Assembly: GCA_003858585.1 (NCBI GenBank)
Contig: RQZE01000002.1
Location: 90,001 to 122,000, forward strand
Origin: Erysipelotrichaceae bacterium OH741_COT-311
GTDB taxonomy: Bacteria > Bacillota_I > Bacilli_A > Erysipelotrichales > Erysipelotrichaceae
Direction of reading: 5' to 3'
DNA: 32,000 bases
In this document: in pieces, positions 9,401 to 17,591 of the stretch
Layout: each line of letters opens with the position of its first letter
How positions within the stretch are numbered: position 1 is the stretch's first letter
Notes under the pieces: generated by a model
Seen by the model: the letters and a program-made list of their open reading frames with translations, nothing else
Database searches by the model: none
Told to the model about the DNA's origin: nothing
Position numbers and translations under genes: made by a program

Positions 9401-10927
9401 CTGACAAAAGAAGTAGAAGGTAGAGTCATCATTAAAAAGTTAAATCCGGAAACCAATCAGCCTATAGCCAATGCAGTGTTTAATCTTATTAGTTTGGATA
9501 ACACAACAACGCTTACTGCAACTACAAATCTGGATGGACTTGCCATTTTTGAAGGAGTGCCTTTAAATAGTTACCGAATTGAACGTAATCTGGAGAAAGA
9601 ATTAAAAGACACAGCACCAATTGAAGGTGTTATCTTCCTTTTAGAACAAGTAGTTGTTCAACCAAATGGAACAAGTGTAAAAACAGGACTTACTTATGCT
9701 GCAAAAACAGATAAGGACGGAGTGGCAAGTTTTAAAGATGTTCGTTATGGTAATTATATTATTAGGGAAGTGGCAGAGTATGAAATCAATGGTGTTTTAG
9801 AACATAGTCCAAAAGAATATACCATTAGTAAAGAAGAACGTAGCGTGTTTGTAAATAAACAAGGACAATTAATTCAAGCGGGAGATGTATATGACCGTAA
9901 CGGTAATCTGGTAGATGCAGGAGATGTATATATCAATCGTCAGGTACGCGGTACAATTCGCTTTCAAAAGCAAGATGTAGATACACAAGATGTATTAGAG
10001 AATGCTGTCTTTAAAATTCAAAATACAGTTTCCGGTTATACACAACAAGCTACATCGAATGAAAAGGGGATTGTAGTGTTTACGGATGTTCCATATGGAG
10101 AATATAAATTAGTAGAGATACAAGCACCGACAGGATATGTAGTGAGTAGTGAAGAACGATTGGTATCAATAGTGAATCATAATGATATCGTTGAATTAAA
10201 TGCTTTTTATAACTCGCCGATAAAAGCCAATGTTAAATTCCGTAAATTAGATGGAGAAAGTAATGTTCCATTAGCCAATGCAAAATTCCAATTGCAACAC
10301 GTTGATCCACGTTTTGTTTATGAAGCGATTTCGGATTCAGAAGGATGGGTAGAGTTTTCTCAAATTCGCTATGGATTTTATACGTTGATGGAGTTGGAAG
10401 CTCCGGTAGGCTATATCCACAATCCTGAAAAAATTGGGGTTGTTGTTCAGGAAAATGGTGTAACTATTACATTGGATCATTTCTATAATATGCCGATAAA
10501 AGGTAGTGCTTTCCTTATAAAAGTTGATAGTGCAACCGGTCAAACACTAAAAGGTGCAACGTTCCTTTTACGTAAAGATGGTGTAGATCTTCAAGAAGTG
10601 AAGAGTGATGAACATGGAGAAGTTGTATTTCATAATTTATATTATGGAGAGTATGAAATTGTCGAAAAAGAAGCTCCTCAAGGATATTATGTAAATAGTG
10701 AAGTGAAAAAAGTAAAAATTACCGAAAATGGGCAAATGTATGATTTAGGTAAATTTAAAAACATCAAAATTGTCATTGTTGATCCGGAGGAAGAAGAGTT
10801 CCATATACCAAAAACGATGAATACAACAAGAGCGTTTCCTTATATCTTGATGTTTGGATTATCGTTAAGTGTGCTTATTTACATAGTGTTAAAGAAACAA
10901 TATAGTCATACTAAAAAACAAGTGTAA
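3407..10927 (+). CDS. Giant cell-surface adhesin-like protein (2506 aa): signal peptide, ~1180-aa N-terminal region, one SdrD-B/Cna-B-like domain, 12 SpaA/Cna-B-type prealbumin-fold domains, and a C-terminal membrane anchor
   Basis: The signal peptide is MIKLLKLFKVVLMVGILLTLFPQQTIYA|NTDQ. Ig-fold style motifs are VTFVDTLPQGAVLDD (~4184-4230) and FKLIDVLPAINDH (~6527-6570). A Ca-binding-like loop DLDGDGNTNE lies at ~6320-6350. VNGVIFFDKNRNAKLDSDEIPLNGYKVELVNEQG...YYQMNVFERGNYSV (~6977-7200) is SdrD-B-like. Modules of the type G-x-(V/I)-x-x-KK-D...L-x-GA-x-F-x-L...T-(D/N)-x-x-G-x-(A/V)-x-F-x-x-(L/V)-x-x-G-x-Y-x-(L/V)-x-E-x-x-AP-x-GY repeat from 7424 to ~10760. The C-terminus is HIPKTMNTTRAFPYILMFGLSLSVLIYIVLKKQYSHTKKQV. 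Confidence 0.9.
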   Translation: MIKLLKLFKVVLMVGILLTLFPQQTIYANTDQDVQMDIITRDKDNKGNSVYSYLTGMEIRAQADILVSGPKIYYPKGQLIIRVPKSTTNGLQIKKPNFVSSIEAISSVESQDATHYVMTYTFKEIKGGLLGTYDFPLRFENEITANGDTITPSWEMVDADGNVIKKVERTFTAIASSDWEPLKWLNEWDYAFNGAYNTSSIGNPEKDGYKELRRTYIDQKAPTVTSSDGTGFAVKYYVDARFAPKNGTDTQFGIYNAQTVTFVDTLPQGAVLDDVSVRNGWVYDPLTHTASKTVDITKLQDLGNNRKGIRTWIQIKYANEPVDKVQKNNLKIIMDKDLPNEKISSDVHYNIKFKLLEQKSQTPTGHIRTGRSYLDTHAEKTYVYNPDTQKVNSRSGEEVEGLTYITYFLNENNGMWNGSNNTKTTGGIKTEFSEFTFHNLDSRLYFNKLGIYSFNGHGNDVKTIFNNTENEVYGVKSDGTQVLLKRNLRIPDASVDNRTVIPNDASEVIINDKAREYHKIVIKFPNKIVFNNSWVRFYNIVSPVENELKKFKNFEYKDKQRYELSASAKARELTGTAIVARKDNAGNWQLDPNTPAGVTINPITGQIKVPQSLVVENSPIVANSFYKNVTTYKTVQQPNMKTTAMPIIHFKEDMTTEILPPVHHTDVDKMEVKYVHPILGEKQLIVSKANGYWSFVNEVEAGVSIDSVSGAITIKADGIVSDSTIKGKAFIGNQEGNEAFSRTPFKNQNQNLEIRPTSAITSYNDADGFVIEPYADNRTDRIEIDYEAVDNSVNTASFADRNEYYTGNHWDVIEFPWIKAKLNHGDNHTVYYSSAPKANYRELYIQGSMGGSWTTSNFNANFTMITLLPSGVNFVEHSRLTSQRNAKDNQNPPIIEENFRGTGRTAVIYKFNGTKLPNLDDTSYFDGSYSGSYFKVDVTTLANEGDNLVEHFLYWDKDHIIQPSDSAYVDALDLDGDGNTNETFIRKTNRITLILPNEVTGKKQVSLDKQNWVLNAPPQDIGKDVYYKLNVLNNSIRGLDKFKLIDVLPAINDHNITPNDQGIYVPRGTKIVTPLVEGIETVAENAPYLNDWNFYYSITEQGADFDSVLHAQWLTADQITDWNDVKAIKAEVKPGRVFASKSEINFILHARIPYDKTLENNLPAHNSFAISTLGVNYAEANEAVVSNIRYEVNGVIFFDKNRNAKLDSDEIPLNGYKVELVNEQGMPYIDRDGKPIFAYTNEQGYYQMNVFERGNYSVKIHKKYEDERFLDRVYEIDTTDANGQPIKQAKPGTTISNNKGVIGSDATANADNLTANTPVFALNPVTRIGTRNAAVGISKGEIVVLKKDEQGKLLQGVTFELYKDQQLLASKTTDENGTIIFERLDLNQEYKVVEKETLPQYVLDSQEYLVTPNEDKPFPIITIENKVKRGSVTVVKKDRETNEVIEGAIFTLTNDSHHYEATSNQQGIARFDGVLYGEYTLQEVKPALGYNLAQEVRQVRVIEDGKVVEVGDYFNDVIKGNVVVMKQARTIEPLKQRGVFAVEANQDVEVETYLNKELEGTLVFKKINPLTKDPIKDFVFTITSLDGVTTYSATTNDQGIATFQNINKNYYKLEETTILYDNNTNKGVSAIYEVEKQDVGPYLEKELEGTVKFKKVDPITNVPMANVGYRLVSKDKTKEYNAVSNAEGIVEFNHVEYAVYDLIEEVEVNTSESVKLVNAIVDVEDTNTHKYLKQKIHGNLTVKKVHPDTKLPVKNFELKLVSVYGTNTYSATTNEEGIAVFEDIISNYYDLQEVNIASASRSIEDGVTIVNHEGITLEEFLANPLTEDLIIKKVNPANGLPIVNMEVQLVSVDGTKTYKATTDEEGFASFTGVANKQYTYVEKMILNPSNLVEDGVSLIYKEEMDLTTYLANDISGNVTLIKYKADGSEVISNKSLYLEHKADQTRYEALTDAKGVATFTGIPLGSYKVLEVNPIATYETGNDGISIFIRNEDNIETYLTKEVEGRVIIKKLNPETNQPIANAVFNLISLDNTTTLTATTNLDGLAIFEGVPLNSYRIERNLEKELKDTAPIEGVIFLLEQVVVQPNGTSVKTGLTYAAKTDKDGVASFKDVRYGNYIIREVAEYEINGVLEHSPKEYTISKEERSVFVNKQGQLIQAGDVYDRNGNLVDAGDVYINRQVRGTIRFQKQDVDTQDVLENAVFKIQNTVSGYTQQATSNEKGIVVFTDVPYGEYKLVEIQAPTGYVVSSEERLVSIVNHNDIVELNAFYNSPIKANVKFRKLDGESNVPLANAKFQLQHVDPRFVYEAISDSEGWVEFSQIRYGFYTLMELEAPVGYIHNPEKIGVVVQENGVTITLDHFYNMPIKGSAFLIKVDSATGQTLKGATFLLRKDGVDLQEVKSDEHGEVVFHNLYYGEYEIVEKEAPQGYYVNSEVKKVKITENGQMYDLGKFKNIKIVIVDPEEEEFHIPKTMNTTRAFPYILMFGLSLSVLIYIVLKKQYSHTKKQV
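8063..9589 (+). repeat. In-frame tandem repeat block inside the adhesin gene: five units of exactly 267 nt (89 aa) plus a truncated sixth (192 nt)
   Basis: Unit starts are at 8063 (YLNKELEGTL), 8330 (YLEKELEGTV), 8597 (YLKQKIHGNL), 8864 (FLANPLTEDL), 9131 (YLANDISGNV) and 9398 (YLTKEVEGRV). Each spacing is exactly 267 nt. The units share (F/Y)KK-x-(N/D/H)P-x-(T/N)-x-x-P and Y-x-A-x-(T/S)-(N/D)-x-x-G-(I/F/V)-A-x-F, but are diverged at the DNA level. Confidence 0.9.
10805..10927 (+). other. Sorting-signal-like C-terminus with a non-canonical IPKTM motif in place of LPXTG
   Basis: IPKTM (10805-10819) is followed by a short NTTR linker, the hydrophobic stretch AFPYILMFGLSLSVLIYIVL and the basic tail KKQYSHTKKQV. 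This is sortase-substrate topology, but the pentapeptide has I for L and M for G. Confidence 0.55.
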
Positions 10928-10970
10928 TTTTGTATTTGTCAACATAACGCATACAAAGTAAAAAAGATTT

Positions 10971-11797
10971 CTAATAGCCCAATTCAGCTTTAAACTGGAT
11001 TGGGCTTTTATAATGTAAAGCATATCCACCTTTTAGAATATATCTCTCCTTTAACTCAACCATTGATGACTCAATAATTGGATTATCAGTAGGTGTTTTT
11101 ACTGGTGACATCGACTAAATTATGTCATAGTCCTTATGTATATTGAATAATGCTGTAAAGAAATAGACTGAACCTTGGTCGGTGAAAATGACTGGTTCTT
11201 TCTGTTCTTTTGTTTTTTTATTAAATCTTGTAGACAATTAAAATCTGGACGTCTGTCGTCAATAATGCTGGTAACATAACTTGAAGTGATTTCGTTATTA
11301 GAGGTATCAAGTAGATATGTTTATTCGTAATATTTTCCTTTATGGTTTATCACGGTCATATCCGAAACAGTAATTTCAAGTGGTTTCGATGCATTCCATT
11401 TACCTCTAATTATATTTGAGTACTTTTTGTGTTTCTACCCTACATTAGGTCTTTTGCAATTGTAATGATTTATTTGTGCTTTTATCCCAGCAGATTTACA
11501 GCATTTATGAGCAAGATAATCAGAAAATAACAAACCCGTTTCTTTTCTTACCATAAGAGCAAGCTTATGATATCTATATGATCGGTGTTTTTGGTGTGCA
11601 TTCGTAAGTAATTGTGTCAACAATTCTCTGTCTTTCTCATATTGATTCTTTAACCCTTTCCTAGATAACCACTTGTAATACCATGCTCTATTTACATTCA
11701 TAACACTACACAATTCTTTAGTTGAATATTCTTTGTTAAGGATATTTATGATTTGAAATTCAAGTCTTTTAAAGTAATGAATTCCTTGCTTGTACAA
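10971..11797 (-). mobile_element. Decayed IS3-family insertion sequence (transposase OrfB pseudogene). orfA and terminal inverted repeats are not identifiable.
   Basis: The minus-strand translation gives an HTH region EYSTKELCSVMNVNRAWYYKWLSRKG (ORF 11435-11797). It continues ...WNASKPLEITVSDMTVINHKGKYYE*TYLLD...KEPVIFTDQGSVYF...DYDII*SMSPVKTPTDNPIIESSMVELKE...LHYKSPIQFKAELGY*. The DDE triad context is recognisable (SDMT / TDQG / NPIIES, with roughly 60 and 35-aa spacing). It is interrupted by stops at 11435-11437, ~11320 and ~11120, and by a frameshift in an A7 run (~11213-11219). Confidence 0.8.
10976..11012 (+). terminator. Probable rho-independent terminator downstream of the adhesin gene, embedded in the IS remnant
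   Basis: AGCCCAATTCAG (10976-10987), loop CTTTAAA, CTGGATTGGGCT (10995-11006). This is a 12-bp stem with one G-U pair, followed by TTTTAT. The same bases encode the C-terminus of the transposase pseudogene on the minus strand, so the function is not certain. Confidence 0.55.
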
Positions 11798-11970
11798 TTC
11801 CTTTCACTAAATCCTTTATTGATCGTTTGTTTTTAACCTGCGATTTCTCTATAAGCAATCAAGTCTGTGAATAATTTGCTACTTCTGATTGCTGTATACT
11901 TGTTTTAAATGTTTAATAGTTCAAAATTTAATGCAGTTTCTTCTGCATTACGATATTTTCTAACCAATAA

Positions 11971-12005
11971 AAAAGTAGACTTCCTTTTTTAGTATGTCTA
12001 CTTTT
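11971..12005 (-). terminator. Putative terminator of the minus-strand membrane-protein gene
   Basis: AAAAGTAGAC (11971-11980) and GTCTACTTTT (11996-12005) form a perfect 10-bp inverted repeat with a 15-nt loop. On the minus strand it is followed by a T run (TTTTTTATTGG). The stem is AT-rich and the loop is large. Confidence 0.4.
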
Positions 12006-12057
12006 ACATTACTCGTTCAGTAATTCACTTCTTTTTAGCATAGCGGTATAGATGCGA

Positions 12058-12318
12058 TTATAAGAACAATCCGTTTTTTAATATTTCATATAGTAATATA
12101 CCGAAAAAGAGCAATAAAAGAATGATAAACAAGGTAGTATGTAATTTATTTCTTTTTTCATATGTTCGGTAAAAATAAAATTCAATTAGTACAACAAGTA
12201 TAAGGGATAAGTACCATAAAATAAATGTATTTACTTGTTCTGCAAAAAAGGCGAACACTAAAATATAAACAAAGCAGATAAGTAAATAAGTAATGATTCT
12301 TTTCATTCTATAATCCAT
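12058..12318 (-). CDS. Small membrane protein (86 aa), hypothetical
   Basis: The minus-strand SD AAAGGAG lies 7 nt before ATG 12318. There are three hydrophobic segments (IITYLLICFVYILVFAFF, FILWYLSLILVVLIEFYF, LFIILLLLFFGILLY). I recognise no homology. Confidence 0.55.
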   Translation of the reverse strand: MDYRMKRIITYLLICFVYILVFAFFAEQVNTFILWYLSLILVVLIEFYFYRTYEKRNKLHTTLFIILLLLFFGILLYEILKNGLFL

Positions 12319-12331
12319 AGATAATCTCCTT

Positions 12332-12360
12332 TTGTGAAAGATTTGTATTTATAGTATAAT
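12332..12360 (+). promoter_or_regulatory. Putative sigma-A promoter for the 12396 lipoprotein gene
   Basis: TTGTGA (12332-12337), 17-nt spacer, TATAAT (12355-12360). Confidence 0.5.
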
Positions 12361-12395
12361 ACATATTGTATTAAAAAAATAGAGGGATATAATCT

Positions 12396-13052
12396 ATGAA
12401 AAGACTAGGTTTAGCTTTTTTTATTTGTTTTTTGATCGGATGTGATACAAAAGTAAAGTCCATCTTTTCAACAACATCAACACAGACAACAACGCCACTG
12501 GAAATGATGAAAACGGAAGTGGAAATTAAATGGTATCAAGAGGTAAATTTGAAAAATCCTTATGTACAAAATGCATCCGGGTTATTGGGGAAAGAATATA
12601 ATCATGTTGAACTTGCAAGACGATTGGAAGATATGACTGTAGCGAAAGGACGTTATATAAAATATGGAGAAGTAAAATCATGGAACAAAGAAGAAGTGAA
12701 AGAAGGAGATAGGCTTCTTTATGAGAAAGATGGTGAAATTGTATACTATGCCATTTATTTGGGTAGTGAGTATGCTTTGCATAGTGGCTTGCATAGCAAA
12801 GATGGAACATCGAACATTTCAAGTATTTATTTAGAGGGTTATGATACATTTTATGTTCAAAAACCAATTGTGTATAAGGGTAGCAAAGAAACAGAGATAA
12901 TCGATGAATCAAGACCATCTATACATATTCCGAAGGAAGAATTATATAGTGAAGAAGAGTGCAATGAAATTGAATGGGAGATCTATACACAAGAAGAGTT
13001 AGAATTGTATTACGATTATGAGATGATTGATTATTGTGATGCCAATGATTAA
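12396..13052 (+). CDS. Lipoprotein, hypothetical (218 aa, acidic C-terminus)
   Basis: SD AGAGGG at 12381-12386. The signal peptide has a lipobox: MKRLGLAFFICFLIGC|DTK. Confidence 0.7.
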   Translation: MKRLGLAFFICFLIGCDTKVKSIFSTTSTQTTTPLEMMKTEVEIKWYQEVNLKNPYVQNASGLLGKEYNHVELARRLEDMTVAKGRYIKYGEVKSWNKEEVKEGDRLLYEKDGEIVYYAIYLGSEYALHSGLHSKDGTSNISSIYLEGYDTFYVQKPIVYKGSKETEIIDESRPSIHIPKEELYSEEECNEIEWEIYTQEELELYYDYEMIDYCDAND

Positions 13053-13079
13053 ATATGCGAAAGATTTGTGTAAAAAACA

Positions 13080-13109
13080 TTGACAAATAAGCGTAGAATA
13101 AGCTAAAAT
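13080..13109 (+). promoter_or_regulatory. Putative str-operon promoter
   Basis: TTGACA (13080-13085), 18-nt spacer, TAAAAT (13104-13109). The leader contains the hairpin GTTTCC-GTAT-GGAAAC (13135-13150). Confidence 0.5.
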
Positions 13110-13218
13110 AATAAAGCTTAGCGAGTTTACGTATGTTTCCGTATGGAAACTTATATTTATGCTAAAGTATGGCACGCTTGGAAATGTGTGCAAAGAAATA
13201 AAAGAAAAGGAGAATACA

Positions 13219-13641
13219 ATGCCAACAATTAATCAATTGGTGCGTAAAGGCCGTACTTCAAAAGTATATAAGTCTAAATCACCAGCATTAAACAGAGGGT
13301 ACAACTCACTTGAGCGTACTGCTACATCAATCTCTTCACCTCAAAAAAGAGGAGTTTGTACGCGTGTGGGAACAATGACTCCGAAGAAACCAAACTCTGC
13401 GCTTCGTAAATATGCGCGTGTTCGTTTATCAAATGGTATGGAAGTTACAGCATACATTCCAGGTATCGGACACAACTTACAAGAGCATAGCGTTGTGTTA
13501 ATTCGTGGAGGTCGTGTAAAGGACTTGCCGGGGGTTCGTTACCATATTATACGTGGAACACTTGACTGTGCAGGTGTTGCAAACAGACAACAAGGACGTT
13601 CGTTATACGGAACTAAGAAACCAAAAGCGGCTAAGAAATAG
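13219..13641 (+). CDS. rpsL: 30S ribosomal protein S12
   Basis: AAGGAG at 13207-13212 precedes ATG 13219, so the track start at 13159 is trimmed. Sequence: [12 protein letters not shown]...[16 protein letters not shown]...[13 protein letters not shown]. Confidence 0.98.
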   Translation: MPTINQLVRKGRTSKVYKSKSPALNRGYNSLERTATSISSPQKRGVCTRVGTMTPKKPNSALRKYARVRLSNGMEVTAYIPGIGHNLQEHSVVLIRGGRVKDLPGVRYHIIRGTLDCAGVANRQQGRSLYGTKKPKAAKK

Positions 13642-13666
13642 TCGATTCATGAAAAGGAGGAAATAA

Positions 13667-14140
<474 letters not shown>

Positions 14141-14155
14141 TAAGGGGGGAATACA

Positions 14156-16231
14156 ATGGCACGTGAATTTTCACTAGCGAATACAAGAAATATTGGTATC
14201 ATGGCCCATATTGATGCTGGTAAAACAACAACGACAGAGCGTATTCTTTTCTATACAGGTAAAACACATAAAATTGGAGAAACTCATGATGGAGCTTCTC
14301 AAATGGACTGGATGGAACAAGAAGCTGAGCGTGGTATTACAATTACTTCGGCCGCAACAACAGCTTCATGGAATGGAAATCGTATTAACATTATCGATAC
14401 TCCAGGGCACGTAGACTTTACGGTGGAAGTTGAGCGTTCACTTCGTGTTTTAGATGGTGCAGTTACTGTATTAGACTCAAAAGCAGGGGTTGAACCACAA
14501 ACAGAAACAGTTTGGAGACAAGCTACAAACTATAAAGTTCCTCGTATCGTATTCTGCAATAAAATGGATGCAACTGGGGCTGACTTTATGATGGCAGTTA
14601 AAACAATCGGAGATCGTTTAGGGGCAAAAGCTAGTCCTATTCAACTTCCAATTGGTGCTGAAAGCTCATTTAGAGGAATTATTGATATCATTAAACGTGA
14701 ACAACATATGTATCAAGATGATACTGGTAAAAAGATTGACACAACAGCAATTTCTCCTGAATATGTTGAAGAAGTAGAACGTTTAAGAGCGCAACTGATT
14801 GATATGGTTGCAGATTATGATGATGAGTTAATGATGAAGGTATTAGAAGGTGAAGAACCTACAATTGAAGAAATTAAAAAAGCAATTCGTGCTGGTGTTA
14901 TTTCTTCTGAATTCTTCCCTGTATTATGTGGTTCGGCATATAAGAATAAAGGGGTTCAATTAATGCTTGATGCGGTAGTTGATTACTTACCTTCACCACT
15001 TGATATTCCTTCAATTAAGGGTCAATTGGAAGATGGTAGTGAAGCTGAAAGACATGCAGATGATTCTGAGCCTTTTGCAGCGTTAGCATTTAAAGTTATG
15101 ACTGACCCATTTGTAGGGCGTTTAACTTATTTCCGTGTATATTCAGGAAGTGCTACATCAGGTTCTTATGTGTTAAATGCAACGAAAGATACAAGAGAAC
15201 GCTTTGGTCGTTTGGTGCAAATGCATGCGAATACTCGTAATGAAATTACAGAAGTATATGCAGGTGATATTGCAGCTGCAATTGGATTAAAGGCAACTAC
15301 TACAGGGGATACATTATGTGATCCAAACAATCCGATTATTCTTGAATCAATGACATTCCCTGAGCCGGTTATCCAAATGTCAGTGGAACCAAAAACAAAA
15401 GCTGACCAAGATAAAATGGGTCTTGCTTTAAATAAATTAGCGGAAGAAGATCCAACATTTAAAACATATACAGATGAAGAAACAGGTCAAACTATCATTG
15501 CTGGTATGGGTGAGTTACACTTAGATATCATCGTTGATCGTATGAGACGTGAATTTAAAGTCGAATGTAATGTTGGTGCTCCACAAGTTGCTTACCGTGA
15601 AACAATTCGTCAAGCTGCTGATTGTGAAGGTAAATTTGTACGTCAATCTGGTGGTCGTGGTCAATATGGTCACGTTTGGATTAAATTTGAACCAAATGAA
15701 GAAGGTAAAGGATTTGAATTCATTGATGCCATTGTTGGTGGGACAGTTCCTCGTGAATATATCAAACCAACGGCTGAAGGACTTGAGGCTGCATTAAATA
15801 ATGGTTTAACTGCCGGTTATCCGGTTGTTGATATTAAAGCAACATTATTTGATGGTTCTTACCATGATGTTGACTCATCAGAAATGGCTTATAAGATTGC
15901 TGCTTCTATGGCTTTAAAAGAAGCTGCTAAGAAGTGTAAACCGGTATTATTAGAGCCTATTATGTCAGTTGAAGTGACTGCTCCAACCGATTACTTAGGG
16001 GCTGTAATGGGCGATGTAACAAAACGTCGTGGACAAATTCGTGAACAAGAAGAAAGACATAATGCAATTGTTGTAAGAGCATTTGTACCTCTTTCTGAAA
16101 TGTTCGGATACTCTACAGACTTACGTTCATTTACACAAGGACGTGGTAACTATGTAATGCAAATGGATCATTATTCTGAAGTTCCAAAGAGTATTGCAGA
16201 AACAATCGCAAAGAAAAATGCTAGAGACTAA
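14156..16231 (+). CDS. fusA: Elongation factor G
   Basis: G-domain motifs [14 protein letters not shown] and NKMD. The 691-aa length and the position between rpsG and tuf fit EF-G. Confidence 0.98.
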   Translation: MAREFSLANTRNIGIMAHIDAGKTTTTERILFYTGKTHKIGETHDGASQMDWMEQEAERGITITSAATTASWNGNRINIIDTPGHVDFTVEVERSLRVLDGAVTVLDSKAGVEPQTETVWRQATNYKVPRIVFCNKMDATGADFMMAVKTIGDRLGAKASPIQLPIGAESSFRGIIDIIKREQHMYQDDTGKKIDTTAISPEYVEEVERLRAQLIDMVADYDDELMMKVLEGEEPTIEEIKKAIRAGVISSEFFPVLCGSAYKNKGVQLMLDAVVDYLPSPLDIPSIKGQLEDGSEAERHADDSEPFAALAFKVMTDPFVGRLTYFRVYSGSATSGSYVLNATKDTRERFGRLVQMHANTRNEITEVYAGDIAAAIGLKATTTGDTLCDPNNPIILESMTFPEPVIQMSVEPKTKADQDKMGLALNKLAEEDPTFKTYTDEETGQTIIAGMGELHLDIIVDRMRREFKVECNVGAPQVAYRETIRQAADCEGKFVRQSGGRGQYGHVWIKFEPNEEGKGFEFIDAIVGGTVPREYIKPTAEGLEAALNNGLTAGYPVVDIKATLFDGSYHDVDSSEMAYKIAASMALKEAAKKCKPVLLEPIMSVEVTAPTDYLGAVMGDVTKRRGQIREQEERHNAIVVRAFVPLSEMFGYSTDLRSFTQGRGNYVMQMDHYSEVPKSIAETIAKKNARD

Positions 16232-16241
16232 TCAATTCTAA

Positions 16242-16270
16242 TTGATATATTGTATTGTTTAGTTTAAAAT
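16242..16270 (+). promoter_or_regulatory. Possible internal promoter for tuf in the fusA-tuf spacer
   Basis: TTGATA (16242-16247), 17-nt spacer, TAAAAT (16265-16270). Confidence 0.4.
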
Positions 16271-16307
16271 AGTATTGAATAAAATAAAATTAGGAGGAAA
16301 TTTGCAA

Positions 16308-17492
16308 ATGGCAAAGGAAAAGTTTGACAGATCGAAACAGCACGTAAATATTGGTACTATTGGGCACGTTGACCATGGTAAAACAACATTAACTGCTGCT
16401 ATTACAAATCACTTATCTAAAAAAGGGATGGCAGAAGCTAAAGCTTACGACCAAATCGATGGAGCTCCGGAAGAAAAAGCACGTGGAATCACTATTAACA
16501 CTGCTCACGTAGAATATCAAACAGACAGCCGTCACTATGCTCACGTTGACTGCCCAGGGCACGCTGACTATGTTAAAAACATGATTACAGGGGCTGCTCA
16601 AATGGATGGTGCTATCTTAGTAGTTGCTGCTACTGATGGACCAATGCCTCAAACTCGTGAACACATCTTATTATCTCGTCAAGTAGGTGTACCATATATC
16701 GTTGTATTCTTAAATAAATGTGACATGGTTGATGATGAAGAATTAATTGACTTAGTTGAAATGGAAGTTCGTGAATTATTATCAGAATATGGATTCGACG
16801 GAGACAATACTCCAGTTATTCGTGGTTCTGCATTAAAAGCTCTTGAAGGCGATGCTAAATGGTCTGAAAGAATTGATGAATTAATGAATGCTGTAGATAC
16901 ATTCATTCCTTCACCTGCTCGTGAAGCTGATAAACCATTCTTAATGTCAGTAGAAGACGTATTCACAATCACTGGTCGTGGTACAGTTGCTACAGGACGT
17001 GTTGAACGTGGTGTATTAAAATTAGGTGAAGAAGTTGAAATCGTTGGTATCCATGATACTAAGAAAACAGTTGTTACTGGTATCGAAATGTTCCGTAAAT
17101 TATTAGATTTCGCTGAAGCTGGAGATAACATCGGTGCATTATTACGTGGTGTTAACCGTGATGAAATTCAACGTGGACAAGTTTTAGCTAAACCTGGTTC
17201 AGTTACTCCTCATAAACAATTTAAAGCACAAGTTTACGTTTTAAGTAAAGAAGAAGGTGGACGTCATACACCATTTGTATCTAACTACCGTCCTCAATTC
17301 TACTTCCGTACAACAGACGTTACTGGTGTAATTAAATTACCTGCTGGTGTAGATATGGTTATGCCAGGGGATAACGTTGAAATGGAAGTTGAATTAATTG
17401 CTCCAATCGCTGTAGAAAAAGGAACTAAGTTCTCTATCCGTGAAGGTGGTAGAACAGTAGGTTCTGGTAACGTTACAGAAATCATTGCTTAA
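16308..17492 (+). CDS. tuf: Elongation factor Tu
   Basis: TAGGAGG at 16291-16297 precedes ATG 16308 ([28 protein letters not shown]). Motifs DCPGHADY and NKCD are present. The product is 394 aa. The track start at 16275 is trimmed. Confidence 0.98.
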   Translation: MAKEKFDRSKQHVNIGTIGHVDHGKTTLTAAITNHLSKKGMAEAKAYDQIDGAPEEKARGITINTAHVEYQTDSRHYAHVDCPGHADYVKNMITGAAQMDGAILVVAATDGPMPQTREHILLSRQVGVPYIVVFLNKCDMVDDEELIDLVEMEVRELLSEYGFDGDNTPVIRGSALKALEGDAKWSERIDELMNAVDTFIPSPAREADKPFLMSVEDVFTITGRGTVATGRVERGVLKLGEEVEIVGIHDTKKTVVTGIEMFRKLLDFAEAGDNIGALLRGVNRDEIQRGQVLAKPGSVTPHKQFKAQVYVLSKEEGGRHTPFVSNYRPQFYFRTTDVTGVIKLPAGVDMVMPGDNVEMEVELIAPIAVEKGTKFSIREGGRTVGSGNVTEIIA

Positions 17493-17506
17493 TTAAAGCT
17501 TAAGTA

Positions 17507-17534
17507 GAAGCCCATGAAATATGGGCTTTTTTTA
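17507..17534 (+). terminator. Rho-independent terminator of the str operon
   Basis: AAGCCCAT (17508-17515), loop GAAAT, ATGGGCTT (17521-17528), then TTTTTATTT. Confidence 0.85.
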
Positions 17535-17591
17535 TTTGAATAATAAGGAATAATATTGTATATTTATAATGTATGTTTAAGGGGATACTAT

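Noticed and set aside
11800-11970. orfA remnant of the IS3 element upstream of the OrfB pseudogene.
   Set aside because: Minus-strand translations here (e.g. KYRNAEETALNFELLNI*) do not show the HTH or the leucine-zipper ...ENExLKK... pattern expected of IS3 OrfA. I could not identify terminal inverted repeats either, so the element boundaries are left open.
12600-12800. Possible NlpC/P60-like motif in the 12396 lipoprotein (KEGDRLLYEKDGEIVYYAIYLGSEYALHSG resembles GDLxF...HVGIYxG...xHA).
   Set aside because: The catalytic Cys-containing segment is absent, and the first His position is Tyr. The resemblance is too weak to call without an HMM search.
12526-13193. Minus-strand ORFs 12526..12918 and 12999..13193. 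Similar shadow ORFs are 18746..18934(-), 19330..19536(-), 19368..19571(+), 19533..19736(-), 31078..31290(-) and 31387..31725(-).
   Set aside because: They overlap better-supported plus-strand genes (lipoprotein signal peptides, P-loop, TraX signature, SD-led starts). They show no motifs or translation signals.
13159-13218. N-terminal extensions in the ORF track for rpsL (13159), tuf (16275), 17556, 18500, 26182, 27194, 28281 and 2656.
   Set aside because: In each case a strong SD plus ATG lies further downstream. That position coincides with the conserved protein N-terminus or the start of a signal peptide, so the extensions are just upstream open frame.
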